Assembly (NCBI GenBank): GCA_964057225.1
Contig: OZ059898.1
Location: 10,540,001-10,604,000 of the forward strand
Source: Auanema rhodensis
Lineage: Eukaryota; Animalia; Nematoda
Length of the DNA: 64,000 nt
Reading direction: 5' to 3'
Shown here: piece after piece, positions 1 through 12,947 of the stretch
How positions within the stretch are numbered: position 1 is the first letter of the stretch
Layout: every line of letters begins with the position of its first letter
Program-made: the position numbers and the translations under genes
Notes under the pieces: model-generated
Database searches by the model: none
Told to the model about the DNA's origin: nothing
The model's input: the letters and a program-made list of their open reading frames with translations, nothing else

Positions 1-39
1 TTATAAAATATAAATGATATTTTTTTAGAAAAGTGAAGT

Positions 40-110
40 TGCATCGGCCGGGAATCGAACCCGGGTCGCCCGCGTGGCAGGCGAGCATTCTAACACTGAA
101 CCACCGATGC
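40..110 (-). tRNA. trnG-GCC: tRNA-Gly(GCC), D-loop G19T variant
   Basis: 71-nt cloverleaf; D-loop AGTGTTA instead of AGTGGTA. Confidence 0.8.
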
Positions 111-1366
111 TTCGAAAATGTTATATTGTTTCCGAAAAATTATGAAAAGTCAAGTTCTACTGATTTGAAGAGAATTGTAAGTTTTAGAAAAGAATTAAAG
201 TTCAGCTATCTCTACTATTAACTGATTATCGGCTAAAATAAGGTAACAGTTTTTATTGAAAGTTTCCATGATTAAGATTAAACAAAGAAAAAAAATCAAA
301 GAGAAACACTTCTTGTTTACTTATTTGATTATAATACTTGAAATTCCAAAAACAGTAGAATAAAATTGAGAAAGCGACAAAAACAGTTGAACGATTTGAA
401 GAGAATTGTAAGTTTTAGAAAATAATTAAAAATTAGTTCTCTCTACTATTAACTGATTGTCGGCTAAAATATGGTAACATTTTTTATAAAAAGTTTCCAT
501 GATTAGGATTAAACAAAAAAAAAGAATCAAAAAGAAACACTTCTTGTTTACTTATTTGATTATAATACTTGAAATTCGAAAAAAAGTGAAAAACAATTGA
601 GAAAGCGACATAAACAGTTGAACGATTTGAAGAGAATTGTAAGTTTTAGAAAAGAATTAAAGTTCAGCTATCTGTACTATTAACTGATTATCGGCTAAAA
701 TAAGGTAACAGTTTTTATTGAAAGTTTCCATAATTAAGATTAAACAAAGAAAAAAAATCGAAGAGAAACACTTCTTGTTTACTTATTTGATTATAATACT
801 TGAAATTCTAAAAACAGTAGAATAAAATTGAGAAAGCGACAAAAACAGTTGAACGATTTGAAGAGAATTGTAAGTTTTAGAAAATAATTAAAAATTAGTT
901 CTCTCTACTATTAACTGATTGTCGGCTAAAATATGGTAACAGTTTTTATTAAAAGTTTCCATGACTAAGATTAAACAAAGAAAAAAAATCAAAGAGAAAC
1001 ACATCTTGTTTTCTAATTCGATTATAACAGTTGAAATTCCAACAAAAGTAAAGTAAAACTATTCAAGCGAGTAAGACTGTTGAACGATTTGAAGAGAATT
1101 GTAAGTATTAGAAAAAAATTAAAGTTTAGCTCTCTCTACTATTTAATGATTGTCGGCTAAAATATGGTAACAGTTTTTATTAAAAGTTTCCATGACTAAG
1201 ATTAAACAAAGAAAAAAAATCAAAGAGAAACACTTCTTGTTTCCTAATTTGATTATAACACTTGAAATTCCAACAAAAGTAAAGTAAAACTGTTAAAGCG
1301 AGTAAAACTGTTGAACTAAAACAGTCTTTATAAAATATAAATGATATTTTTTTATAAAAATGAAGT

Positions 1367-1437
1367 TGCATCGGCCGGGAATCGAACCCGGGTCGCCCGC
1401 GTGGCAGGCGAGCATTCTACCACTGAACCACCGATGC
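1367..1437 (-). tRNA. trnG-GCC: tRNA-Gly(GCC)
   Basis: GCATCGGTGGTTCAGTGGTAGAATGCTCGCCTGCCACGCGGGCGACCCGGGTTCGATTCCCGGCCGATGCA: full cloverleaf, A box and B box intact, no encoded CCA, T5 downstream. Confidence 0.95.
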
Positions 1438-1769
1438 TTCGAAAATGTTAGATTGTTTCCGAAAAATTATGAAAAGTCAAGTTCTACTGATTTGAAGAGA
1501 ATTGTAAGTTTTAGAAAAGAATTAAAGGTCAGCTATCTCTACTATTAACTGATTATCGGCTAAAATATGGTAACAGTTTTTATTAAAAGTTTCCATGATT
1601 AAGATTAAACAAAGAAAAAAAATCAAAGAGAAACACTTCTTGTTTACTAATTTGATTATAACACTTGAAAATCCAACAAAAGTAAAATAAAACTGTGAAA
1701 GCGGGTAAAACTGTTGAACTAAAACAGTCTTTATAAAATATAAATGATATTTTTTTAGAAAAGTGAAGT

Positions 1770-1840
1770 TGCATCGGCCGGGAATCGAACCCGGGTCGCC
1801 CGCGTGGCAGGCGAGCATTCTAACACTGAACCACCGATGC
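1770..1840 (-). tRNA. trnG-GCC: tRNA-Gly(GCC), G19T variant
   Basis: Same as 40-110. Confidence 0.8.
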
Positions 1841-3095
1841 TTCGAAAATGTTATATTGTTTCCGAAAAATTATGAAAAGTCAAGTTCTACTGATTTGAAG
1901 AGAATTGTAAGTTTTAGAAAAGAATTAAAGTTCAGCTATCTCTACTATTAACTGATTATCGGCTAAAATAAGGTAACAGTTTTTATTGAAAGTTTCCATG
2001 ATTAAGATTAAACAAAGAAAAAAAATCAAAGAGAAACACTTCTTGTTTACTTATTTGATTATAATACTTGAAATTCCAAAAACAGTAGAATAAAATTGAG
2101 AAAGCGACAAAAACAGTTGAACGATTTGAAGAGAATTGTAAGTTTTAGAAAATAATTAAAAATTAGTTCTCTCTACTATTAACTGATTGTCGGCTAAAAT
2201 ATGGTAACATTTTTTATAAAAAGTTTCCATGATTAGGATTAAACAAAAAAAAAGAATCAAAAAGAAACACTTCTTGTTTACTTATTTGATTATAATACTT
2301 GAAATTCGAAAAAAAGTGAAAAACAATTGAGAAAGCGACATAAACAGTTGAACGATTTGAAGAGAATTGTAAGTTTTAGAAAAGAATTAAAGTTCAGCTA
2401 TCTGTACTATTAACTGATTATCGGCTAAAATAAGGTAACAGTTTTTATTGAAAGTTTCCATAATTAAGATTAAACAAAGAAAAAAAATCGAAGAGAAACA
2501 CTTCTTGTTTACTTATTTGATTATAATACTTGAAATTCTAAAAACAGTAGAATAAAATTGAGAAAGCGACAAAAACAGTTGAACGATTTGAAGAGAATTG
2601 TAAGTTTTAGAAAATAATTAAAAATTAGTTCTCTCTACTATTAACTGATTGTCGGCTAAAATATGGTAACAGTTTTTATTAAAAGTTTCCATGACTAAGA
2701 TAAAACAAAGAAAAAAAATCAAAGAGAAACACATCTTGTTTTCTAATTCGATTATAACAGTTGAAATTCCAACAAAAGTAAAGTAAAACTATTCAAGCGA
2801 GTAAGACTGTTGAACGATTTGAAGAGAATTGTAAGTATTAGAAAAAAATTAAAGTTTAGCTCTCTCTACTATTTAATGATTGTCGGCTAAAATATGGTAA
2901 CAGTTTTTATTAAAAGTTTCCATGACTAAGATTAAACAAAGAAAAAAAATCAAAGAGAAACACTTCTTGTTTCCTAATTTGATTATAACACTTGAAATTC
3001 CAACAAAAGTAAAGTAAAACTGTTAAAGCGAGTAAAACTGTTGAACTAAAACAGTCTTTATAAAATATAAATGATATTTTTTATAAAAATGAAGT

Positions 3096-3166
3096 TGCAT
3101 CGGCCGGGAATCGAACCCGGGTCGCCCGCGTGGCAGGCGAGCATTCTACCACTGAACCACCGATGC
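3096..3166 (-). tRNA. trnG-GCC: tRNA-Gly(GCC)
   Basis: Majority sequence. Confidence 0.95.
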
Positions 3167-3498
3167 TTCGAAAATGTTAGATTGTTTCCGAAAAATTATG
3201 AAAAGTCAAGTTCTACTGATTTGAAGAGAATTGTAAGTTTTAGAAAAGAATTAAAGGTCAGCTATCTCTACTATTAACTGATTATCGGCTAAAATATGGT
3301 AACAGTTTTTATTAAAAGTTTCCATGATTAAGATTAAACAAAGAAAAAAAATCAAAGAGAAACACTTCTTGTTTACTAATTTGATTATAACACTTGAAAA
3401 TCCAACAAAAGTAAAATAAAACTGTGAAAGCGGGTAAAACTGTTGAACTAAAACAGTCTTTATAAAATATAAATGATATTTTTTTAGAAAAGTGAAGT

Positions 3499-3569
3499 TG
3501 CATCGGCCGGGAATCGAACCCGGGTCGCCCGCGTGGCAGGCGAGCATTCTAACACTGAACCACCGATGC
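3499..3569 (-). tRNA. trnG-GCC: tRNA-Gly(GCC), G19T variant
   Basis: Same as 40-110. Confidence 0.8.
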
Positions 3570-4824
3570 TTCGAAAATGTTATATTGTTTCCGAAAAATT
3601 ATGAAAAGTCAAGTTCTACTGATTTGAAGAGAATTGTAAGTTTTAGAAAAGAATTAAAGTTCAGCTATCTCTACTATTAACTGATTATCGGCTAAAATAA
3701 GGTAACAGTTTTTATTGAAAGTTTCCATGATTAAGATTAAACAAAGAAAAAAAATCAAAGAGAAACACTTCTTGTTTACTTATTTGATTATAATACTTGA
3801 AATTCCAAAAACAGTAGAATAAAATTGAGAAAGCGACAAAAACAGTTGAACGATTTGAAGAGAATTGTAAGTTTTAGAAAATAATTAAAAATTAGTTCTC
3901 TCTACTATTAACTGATTGTCGGCTAAAATATGGTAACATTTTTTATAAAAAGTTTCCATGATTAGGATTAAACAAAAAAAAAGAATCAAAAAGAAACACT
4001 TCTTGTTTACTTATTTGATTATAATACTTGAAATTCGAAAAAAAGTGAAAAACAATTGAGAAAGCGACATAAACAGTTGAACGATTTGAAGAGAATTGTA
4101 AGTTTTAGAAAAGAATTAAAGTTCAGCTATCTGTACTATTAACTGATTATCGGCTAAAATAAGGTAACAGTTTTTATTGAAAGTTTCCATAATTAAGATT
4201 AAACAAAGAAAAAAAATCGAAGAGAAACACTTCTTGTTTACTTATTTGATTATAATACTTGAAATTCTAAAAACAGTAGAATAAAATTGAGAAAGCGACA
4301 AAAACAGTTGAACGATTTGAAGAGAATTGTAAGTTTTAGAAAATAATTAAAAATTAGTTCTCTCTACTATTAACTGATTGTCGGCTAAAATATGGTAACA
4401 GTTTTTATTAAAAGTTTCCATGACTAAGATAAAACAAAGAAAAAAAATCAAAGAGAAACACATCTTGTTTTCTAATTCGATTATAACAGTTGAAATTCCA
4501 ACAAAAGTAAAGTAAAACTATTCAAGCGAGTAAGACTGTTGAACGATTTGAAGAGAATTGTAAGTATTAGAAAAAAATTAAAGTTTAGCTCTCTCTACTA
4601 TTTAATGATTGTCGGCTAAAATATGGTAACAGTTTTTATTAAAAGTTTCCATGACTAAGATTAAACAAAGAAAAAAAATCAAAGAGAAACACTTCTTGTT
4701 TCCTAATTTGATTATAACACTTGAAATTCCAACAAAAGTAAAGTAAAACTGTTAAAGCGAGTAAAACTGTTGAACTAAAACAGTCTTTATAAAATATAAA
4801 TGATATTTTTTATAAAAATGAAGT

Positions 4825-4895
4825 TGCATCGGCCGGGAATCGAACCCGGGTCGCCCGCGTGGCAGGCGAGCATTCTACCACTGAACCACCGATGC
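4825..4895 (-). tRNA. trnG-GCC: tRNA-Gly(GCC)
   Basis: Majority sequence. Confidence 0.95.
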
Positions 4896-5227
4896 TTCGA
4901 AAATGTTAGATTGTTTCCGAAAAATTATGAAAAGTCAAGTTCTACTGATTTGAAGAGAATTGTAAGTTTTAGAAAAGAATTAAAGGTCAGCTATCTCTAC
5001 TATTAACTGATTATCGGCTAAAATATGGTAACAGTTTTTATTAAAAGTTTCCATGATTAAGATTAAACAAAGAAAAAAAATCAAAGAGAAACACTTCTTG
5101 TTTACTAATTTGATTATAACACTTGAAAATCCAACAAAAGTAAAATAAAACTGTGAAAGCGGGTAAAACTGTTGAACTAAAACAGTCTTTATAAAATATA
5201 AATGATATTTTTTTAGAAAAGTGAAGT

Positions 5228-5298
5228 TGCATCGGCCGGGAATCGAACCCGGGTCGCCCGCGTGGCAGGCGAGCATTCTAACACTGAACCACCGATGC
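5228..5298 (-). tRNA. trnG-GCC: tRNA-Gly(GCC), G19T variant
   Basis: Same as 40-110. Confidence 0.8.
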
Positions 5299-6553
5299 TT
5301 CGAAAATGTTATATTGTTTCCGAAAAATTATGAAAAGTCAAGTTCTACTGATTTGAAGAGAATTGTAAGTTTTAGAAAAGAATTAAAGTTCAGCTATCTC
5401 TACTATTAACTGATTATCGGCTAAAATAAGGTAACAGTTTTTATTGAAAGTTTCCATGATTAAGATTAAACAAAGAAAAAAAATCAAAGAGAAACACTTC
5501 TTGTTTACTTATTTGATTATAATACTTGAAATTCCAAAAACAGTAGAATAAAATTGAGAAAGCGACAAAAACAGTTGAACGATTTGAAGAGAATTGTAAG
5601 TTTTAGAAAATAATTAAAAATTAGTTCTCTCTACTATTAACTGATTGTCGGCTAAAATATGGTAACATTTTTTATAAAAAGTTTCCATGATTAGGATTAA
5701 ACAAAAAAAAAGAATCAAAAAGAAACACTTCTTGTTTACTTATTTGATTATAATACTTGAAATTCGAAAAAAAGTGAAAAACAATTGAGAAAGCGACATA
5801 AACAGTTGAACGATTTGAAGAGAATTGTAAGTTTTAGAAAAGAATTAAAGTTCAGCTATCTGTACTATTAACTGATTATCGGCTAAAATAAGGTAACAGT
5901 TTTTATTGAAAGTTTCCATAATTAAGATTAAACAAAGAAAAAAAATCGAAGAGAAACACTTCTTGTTTACTTATTTGATTATAATACTTGAAATTCTAAA
6001 AACAGTAGAATAAAATTGAGAAAGCGACAAAAACAGTTGAACGATTTGAAGAGAATTGTAAGTTTTAGAAAATAATTAAAAATTAGTTCTCTCTACTATT
6101 AACTGATTGTCGGCTAAAATATGGTAACAGTTTTTATTAAAAGTTTCCATGACTAAGATTAAACAAAGAAAAAAAATCAAAGAGAAACACATCTTGTTTT
6201 CTAATTCGATTATAACAGTTGAAATTCCAACAAAAGTAAAGTAAAACTATTCAAGCGAGTAAGACTGTTGAACGATTTGAAGAGAATTGTAAGTATTAGA
6301 AAAAAATTAAAGTTTAGCTCTCTCTACTATTTAATGATTGTCGGCTAAAATATGGTAACAGTTTTTATTAAAAGTTTCCATGACTAAGATTAAACAAAGA
6401 AAAAAAATCAAAGAGAAACACTTCTTGTTTCCTAATTTGATTATAACACTTGAAATTCCAACAAAAGTAAAGTAAAACTGTTAAAGCGAGTAAAACTGTT
6501 GAACTAAAACAGTCTTTATAAAATATAAATGATATTTTTTATAAAAATGAAGT

Positions 6554-6592
6554 TGCATCGGCCGGGAATCGAACCCGGGTCGCCCGCGTGGC
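6554..6592 (-). pseudogene. tRNA-Gly 3'-half pseudogene (39 nt, begins at the anticodon)
   Basis: Match to the tRNA stops at the GCC anticodon; 5' half replaced by satellite-derived patchwork. Confidence 0.92.
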
Positions 6593-8359
6593 GACAATCA
6601 CAAAAGTAAAGTAAAACTATTCAAGCGAGTGAAACTGTTGAACTAAAACAATTAGATTGTTTCCGAAAAATTATGAAAAGTCAAGTTCTACTGATTTGAA
6701 GAGAATTGTAAGTTTTAGAAAAGAATTAAAGGTCAGCTATCTCTACTATTAACTGATTATCGGCTAAAATATGGTAACAGTTTTTATTAAAAGTTTCCAT
6801 GATTAAGATTAAACAAAGAAAAAAAATCAAAGAGAAACACTTCTTGTTTACTAATTTGATTATAATACTTGAAATTCCAAAAACAGTAGAATAAAATTGA
6901 GAAAGCGACAAAAACAGTTGAACGATTTGAAGAGAATTGTAAGTTTTAGAAAATAATTAAAAATTAGTTCTCTCTACTATTAACTGATTGTCGGCTAAAA
7001 TATGGTAACAGTTTTTATTAAAAGTTTCCATGATTAAGATTAAACAAAGAAAAAAAATCAAAGAGAAACACTTCTTGTTTACTAATTTGATTATAACACT
7101 TGAAAATCCAACAAAAGTAAAATAAAACTGTGAAAGCGGGTAAAACTGTTAAACGATTCGAAGAGAATTGTAAGTTTTAGAAAATAATTAAAAATTAGTT
7201 CTCTCTACTATTAACTGATTGTCGGCTAAAATATGGTAACATTTTTTATTGAAAGTTTCCATGATTAAGATTAAACAAAGAAAAAAAATCAAAGAGAAAC
7301 ACTTCTTGTTTACTTATTTGATTATAATACTTGAAATTCCAAAAACAGTAGAATAAAATTGAGAAAGCGACAAAAACAGTTGAACGATTTGAAGAGAATT
7401 GTAAGTTTTAGAAAATAATTAAAAATTAGTTCTCTCTACTATTAACTGATTGTCGGCTAAAATATGGTAACATTTTTTATAAAAAGTTTCCATGATTAGG
7501 ATTAAACAAAAAAAAAGAATCAAAAAGAAACACTTCTTGTTTACTTATTTGATTATAAAACTTGAAATTCGAAAAAAAGTAAAAAACAATTGAGAAAGCG
7601 ACATAAACAGTTGAACGATTTGAAGAGAATTGTAAGTTTTAGAAAATAATTAAAAATTAGTTCTCTGTACTATTAACTGATTATCGGCTAAAATAAGGTA
7701 ACAGTTTTTATTGAAAGTTTCCATAATTAAGATTAAACAAAGAAAAAAAATCGAAGAGAAACACTTCTTGTTTACTTATTTGATTATAATACTTGAAATT
7801 CGAAAAAAAGTAAAAAACAATTGAGAAAGCGACATAAACAGTTGAACGATTTGAAGAGAATTGTAAGTTTTAGAAAATAATTAAAAATTAGTTCTCTCTA
7901 CTATTAACTGATTGTCGGCTAAAATATGGTAACATTTTTTATAAAAAGTTTCCATGATTAGGATTAAACAAAGAAAAAGAATCATAAAGAAACACTTCTT
8001 GTTTACTTATTCGATTATAACAGTTGAAATTCCAACAAAAGTAAAGTAAAACTATTCAAGCGAGTAAGACTGTTGAACGATTTGAAGACAATTGTAAGTT
8101 GAAGAAAAAAATTAAAGTTTAGCTCTCTCTACTATTAACTGATTGTCGGCTAAAATATGGTAACAGTTTTTATTAAAAGTTTCCATGACTAAGATTAAAC
8201 AAAGAAAAAAAATCAAAGAGAAACACTTCTTGTTTCCTAATTTGATTATAACACTTGAAATTCCAACAAAAGTAAAGTAAAACTGTTAAAGCGAGTAAAA
8301 CTGTTGAACTAAAACAGTCTTTATAAAATATAAATGATATTTTTTTATAAAAATGAAGT

Positions 8360-8430
8360 TGCATCGGCCGGGAATCGAACCCGGGTGGCCCGCGTGGCAG
8401 GCGAGCATTCTACCACTGAACCACCGATGC
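8360..8430 (-). tRNA. trnG-GCC: tRNA-Gly(GCC), variable-loop variant (CCAC for CGAC)
   Basis: + strand CCGGGTGGCC instead of CCGGGTCGCC. Confidence 0.85.
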
Positions 8431-9002
8431 TTCGAAAATGTTAGATTGTTTCCGAAAAATTATGAAAAGTCAAGTTCTACTGATTTGAAGAGAATTGTAA
8501 GTTTTAGAAAAGAATTAAAGGTCAGCTATCTCTACTATTAACTGATTATCGGCTAAAATATGGTAACAGTTTTTATAAAAAGTTTCCATGATTAGGATTA
8601 AACAAAAAAAAAGAATCATAAAGAAACACTTCTTGTTTACTAATTTGATTATAACACTTGAAAATCCAACAAAAGTAAAATAAAACTGTGAAAGCGGGTA
8701 AAACTGTTAAAACAGTTGAACGATTTGAAGAGAATTGTAAGTTTTAGAAAATAATTAAAAATTAGTTCTCTCTACTATTAACTGATTGTCGGCTAAAATA
8801 TGGTAACATTTTTTATAAAAAGTTTCCATGATTAAGATTAAACAAAGAAAAAAAATCAAAGAGAAACACTTCTTGTTTACTAATTTGATTATAACACTTG
8901 AAAATCCAACAAAAGTAAAATAAAACTGTGAAAGCGGGTAAAACTGTTGAACTAAAACAGTCTTTATAAAATATAAATGATATTTTTTTAGAAAAGTGAA
9001 GT

Positions 9003-9073
9003 TGCATCGGCCGGGAATCGAACCCGGGTCGCCCGCGTGGCAGGCGAGCATTCTAACACTGAACCACCGATGC
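9003..9073 (-). tRNA. trnG-GCC: tRNA-Gly(GCC), G19T variant
   Basis: Same as 40-110. Confidence 0.8.
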
Positions 9074-10327
9074 TTCGAAAATGTTATATTGTTTCCGAAA
9101 AATTATGAAAAGTCAAGTTCTACTGATTTGAAGAGAATTGTAAGTTTTAGAAAAGAATTAAAGTTCAGCTATCTCTACTATTAACTGATTATCGGCTAAA
9201 ATAAGGTAACAGTTTTTATTGAAAGTTTCCATGATTAAGATTAAACAAAGAAAAAAAATCAAAGAGAAACACTTCTTGTTTACTTATTTGATTATAATAC
9301 TTGAAATTCCAAAAACAGTAGAATAAAATTGAGAAAGCGACAAAAACAGTTGAACGATTTGAAGAGAATTGTAAGTTTTAGAAAATAATTAAAAATTAGT
9401 TCTCTCTACTATTAACTGATTGTCGGCTAAAATATGGTAACATTTTTTATAAAAAGTTTCCATGATTAGGATTAAACGAAAAAAAGAATCAAAAAGAAAC
9501 ACTTCTTGTTTACTTATTTGATTATAATACTTGAAATTCGAAAAAAAGTGAAAAACAATTGAGAAAGCGACATAAACAGTTGAACGATTTGAAGAGAATT
9601 GTAAGTTTTAGAAAAGAATTAAAGTTCAGCTATCTGTACTATTAACTGATTATCGGCTAAAATAAGGTAACAGTTTTTATTGAAAGTTTCCATAATTAAG
9701 ATTAAACAAAGAAAAAAAATCGAAGAGAAACACTTCTTGTTTACTTATTTGATTATAATACTTGAAATTCTAAAAACAGTAGAATAAAATTGAGAAAGCG
9801 ACAAAAACAGTTGAACGATTTGAAGAGAATTGTAAGTTTTAGAAAATAATTAAAAATTAGTTCTCTCTACTATTAACTGATTGTCGGCTAAAATATGGTA
9901 ACAGTTTTTATTAAAAGTTTCCATGACTAAGATTAAACAAAGAAAAAAAATCAAAGAGAAACACATCTTGTTTTCTAATTCGATTATAACAGTTGAAATT
10001 CCAACAAAAGTAAAGTAAAACTATTCAAGCGAGTAAGACTGTTGAACGATTTGAAGAGAATTGTAAGTATTAGAAAAAAATTAAAGTTTAGCTCTCTCTA
10101 CTATTTAATGATTGTCGGCTAAAATATGGTAACAGTTTTTATTAAAAGTTTCCATGACTAAGATTAAACAAAGAAAAAAAATCAAAGAGAAACACTTCTT
10201 GTTTCCTAATTTGATTATAACACTTGAAATTCCAACAAAAGTAAAGTAAAACTGTTAAAGCGAGTAAAACTGTTGAACTAAAACAGTCTTTATAAAATAT
10301 AAATGATATTTTTTATAAAAATGAAGT

Positions 10328-10366
10328 TGCATCGGCCGGGAATCGAACCCGGGTCGCCCGCGTGGC
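10328..10366 (-). pseudogene. tRNA-Gly 3'-half pseudogene
   Basis: Same lesion as 6554-6592. Confidence 0.92.
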
Positions 10367-11670
10367 GACAATCACAAAAGTAAAGTAAAACTATTCAAGC
10401 GAGTGAAACTGTTGAACTAAAACAATTAGATTGTTTCCGAAAAATTATGAAAAGTCAAGTTCTACTGATTTGAAGAGAATTGTAAGTTTTAGAAAAGAAT
10501 TAAAGGTCAGCTATCTCTACTATTAACTGATTATCGGCTAAAATATGGTAACAGTTTTTATTAAAAGTTTCCATGATTAAGATTAAACAAAGAAAAAAAA
10601 TCAAAGAGAAACACTTCTTGTTTACTAATTTGATTATAATACTTGAAATTCCAAAAACAGTAGAATAAAATTGAGAAAGCGACAAAAACAGTTGAACGAT
10701 TTGAAGAGAATTGTAAGTTTTAGAAAATAATTAAAAATTAGTTCTCTCTACTATTAACTGATTGTCGGCTAAAATATGGTAACATTTTTTATAAAAAGTT
10801 TCCATGATTAGGATTAAACAAAAAAAAAGAATCAAAAAGAAACACTTCTTGTTTACTTATTTGATTATAATACTTGAAATTCGAAAAAAAGTGAAAAACA
10901 ATTGAGAAAGCGACATAAACAGTTGAACGATTTGAAGAGAATTGTAAGTTTTAGAAAAGAATTAAAGTTCAGCTATCTGTACTATTAACTGATTATCGGC
11001 TAAAATAAGGTAACAGTTTTTATTGAAAGTTTCCATAATTAAGATTAAACAAAGAAAAAAAATCGAAGAGAAACACTTCTTGTTTACTTATTTGATTATA
11101 ATACTTGAAATTCTAAAAACAGTAGAATAAAATTGAGAAAGCGACAAAAACAGTTGAACGATTTGAAGAGAATTGTAAGTTTTAGAAAATAATTAAAAAT
11201 TAGTTCTCTCTACTATTAACTGATTGTCGGCTAAAATATGGTAACAGTTTTTATTAAAAGTTTCCATGACTAAGATTAAACAAAGAAAAAAAATCAAAGA
11301 GAAACACATCTTGTTTTCTAATTCGATTATAACAGTTGAAATTCCAACAAAAGTAAAGTAAAACTATTCAAGCGAGTAAGACTGTTGAACGATTTGAAGA
11401 GAATTGTAAGTATTAGAAAAAAATTAAAGTTTAGCTCTCTCTACTATTTAATGATTGTCGGCTAAAATATGGTAACAGTTTTTATTAAAAGTTTCCATGA
11501 CTAAGATTAAACAAAGAAAAAAAATCAAAGAGAAACACTTCTTGTTTCCTAATTTGATTATAACACTTGAAATTCCAACAAAAGTAAAGTAAAACTGTTA
11601 AAGCGAGTAAAACTGTTGAACTAAAACAGTCTTTATAAAATATAAATGATATTTTTTATAAAAATGAAGT

Positions 11671-11741
11671 TGCATCGGCCGGGAATCGAACCCGGGTCGC
11701 CCGCGTGGCAGGCGAGCATTCTACCACTGAACCACCGATGC
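11671..11741 (-). tRNA. trnG-GCC: tRNA-Gly(GCC)
   Basis: Majority sequence. Confidence 0.95.
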
Positions 11742-12304
11742 TTCGAAAATGTTAGATTGTTTCCGAAAAATTATGAAAAGTCAAGTTCTACTGATTTGAA
11801 GAGAATTGTAAGTTTTAGAAAAGAATTAAAGTTCAGCTATCTCTACTATTAACTGATTATCGGCTAAAATAAGGTAACAGTTTTTATTGAAAGTTTCCAT
11901 GATTAAGATTAAACAAAGAAAAAAAATCAAAGAGAAACACTTCTTGTTTACTTATTTGATTATAATACTTGAAATTCCAAAAACAGTAGAATAAAATTGA
12001 GAAAGCGACAAAAACAGTTGAACGATTTGAAGAGAATTGTAAGTTTTAGAAAAGAATTAAAGTTCAGCTATCTGTACTATTAACTGATTATCGGCTAAAA
12101 TAAGGTAACAGTTTTTATTGAAAGTTTCCATAATTAAGATTAAACAAAGAAAAAAAATCGAAGAGAAACACTTCTTGTTTCCTAATTTGATTATAACACT
12201 TGAAATTCCAACAAAAGTAAAGTAAAACTGTTAAAGCGAGTAAAACTGTTGAACTAAAACAGTCTTTATAAAATATAAATGATATTTTTTTATAAAAATG
12301 AAGT

Positions 12305-12375
12305 TGCATCGGCCGGGAATCGAACCCGGGTGGCCCGCGTGGCAGGCGAGCATTCTACCACTGAACCACCGATGC
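12305..12375 (-). tRNA. trnG-GCC: tRNA-Gly(GCC), variable-loop variant
   Basis: Same as 8360-8430. Confidence 0.85.
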
Positions 12376-12947
12376 TTCGAAAATGTTAGATTGTTTCCGA
12401 AAAATTATGAAAAGTCAAGTTCTACTGATTTGAAGAGAATTGTAAGTTTTAGAAAAGAATTAAAGGTCAGCTATCTCTACTATTAACTGATTATCGGCTA
12501 AAATATGGTAACAGTTTTTATAAAAAGTTTCCATGATTAGGATTAAACAAAAAAAAAGAATCATAAAGAAACACTTCTTGTTTACTAATTTGATTATAAC
12601 ACTTGAAAATCCAACAAAAGTAAAATAAAACTGTGAAAGCGGGTAAAACTGTTAAAACAGTTGAACGATTTGAAGAGAATTGTAAGTTTTAGAAAATAAT
12701 TAAAAATTAGTTCTCTCTACTATTAACTGATTGTCGGCTAAAATATGGTAACATTTTTTATAAAAAGTTTCCATGATTAAGATTAAACAAAGAAAAAAAA
12801 TCAAAGAGAAACACTTCTTGTTTACTAATTTGATTATAACACTTGAAAATCCAACAAAAGTAAAATAAAACTGTGAAAGCGGGTAAAACTGTTGAACTAA
12901 AACAGTCTTTATAAAATATAAATGATATTTTTTTAGAAAAGTGAAGT

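Larger units (their letters stand above)
1..6592. repeat. Higher-order repeat, 1729-1730 bp (6 monomers + 2 tRNA cassettes), about 3.8 copies
   Basis: Variant tRNA at 40, 1770, 3499, 5228 (steps 1730, 1729, 1729); 6x231+2x172=1730. Confidence 0.93.

Noticed and set aside
1317-1488. tRNA cassette as a tRNA-derived SINE
   Set aside because: The tRNA is complete and mostly unmutated, has upstream flank, terminates right after the gene, lacks an A-tail and occupies one fixed site; spread is by tandem duplication.
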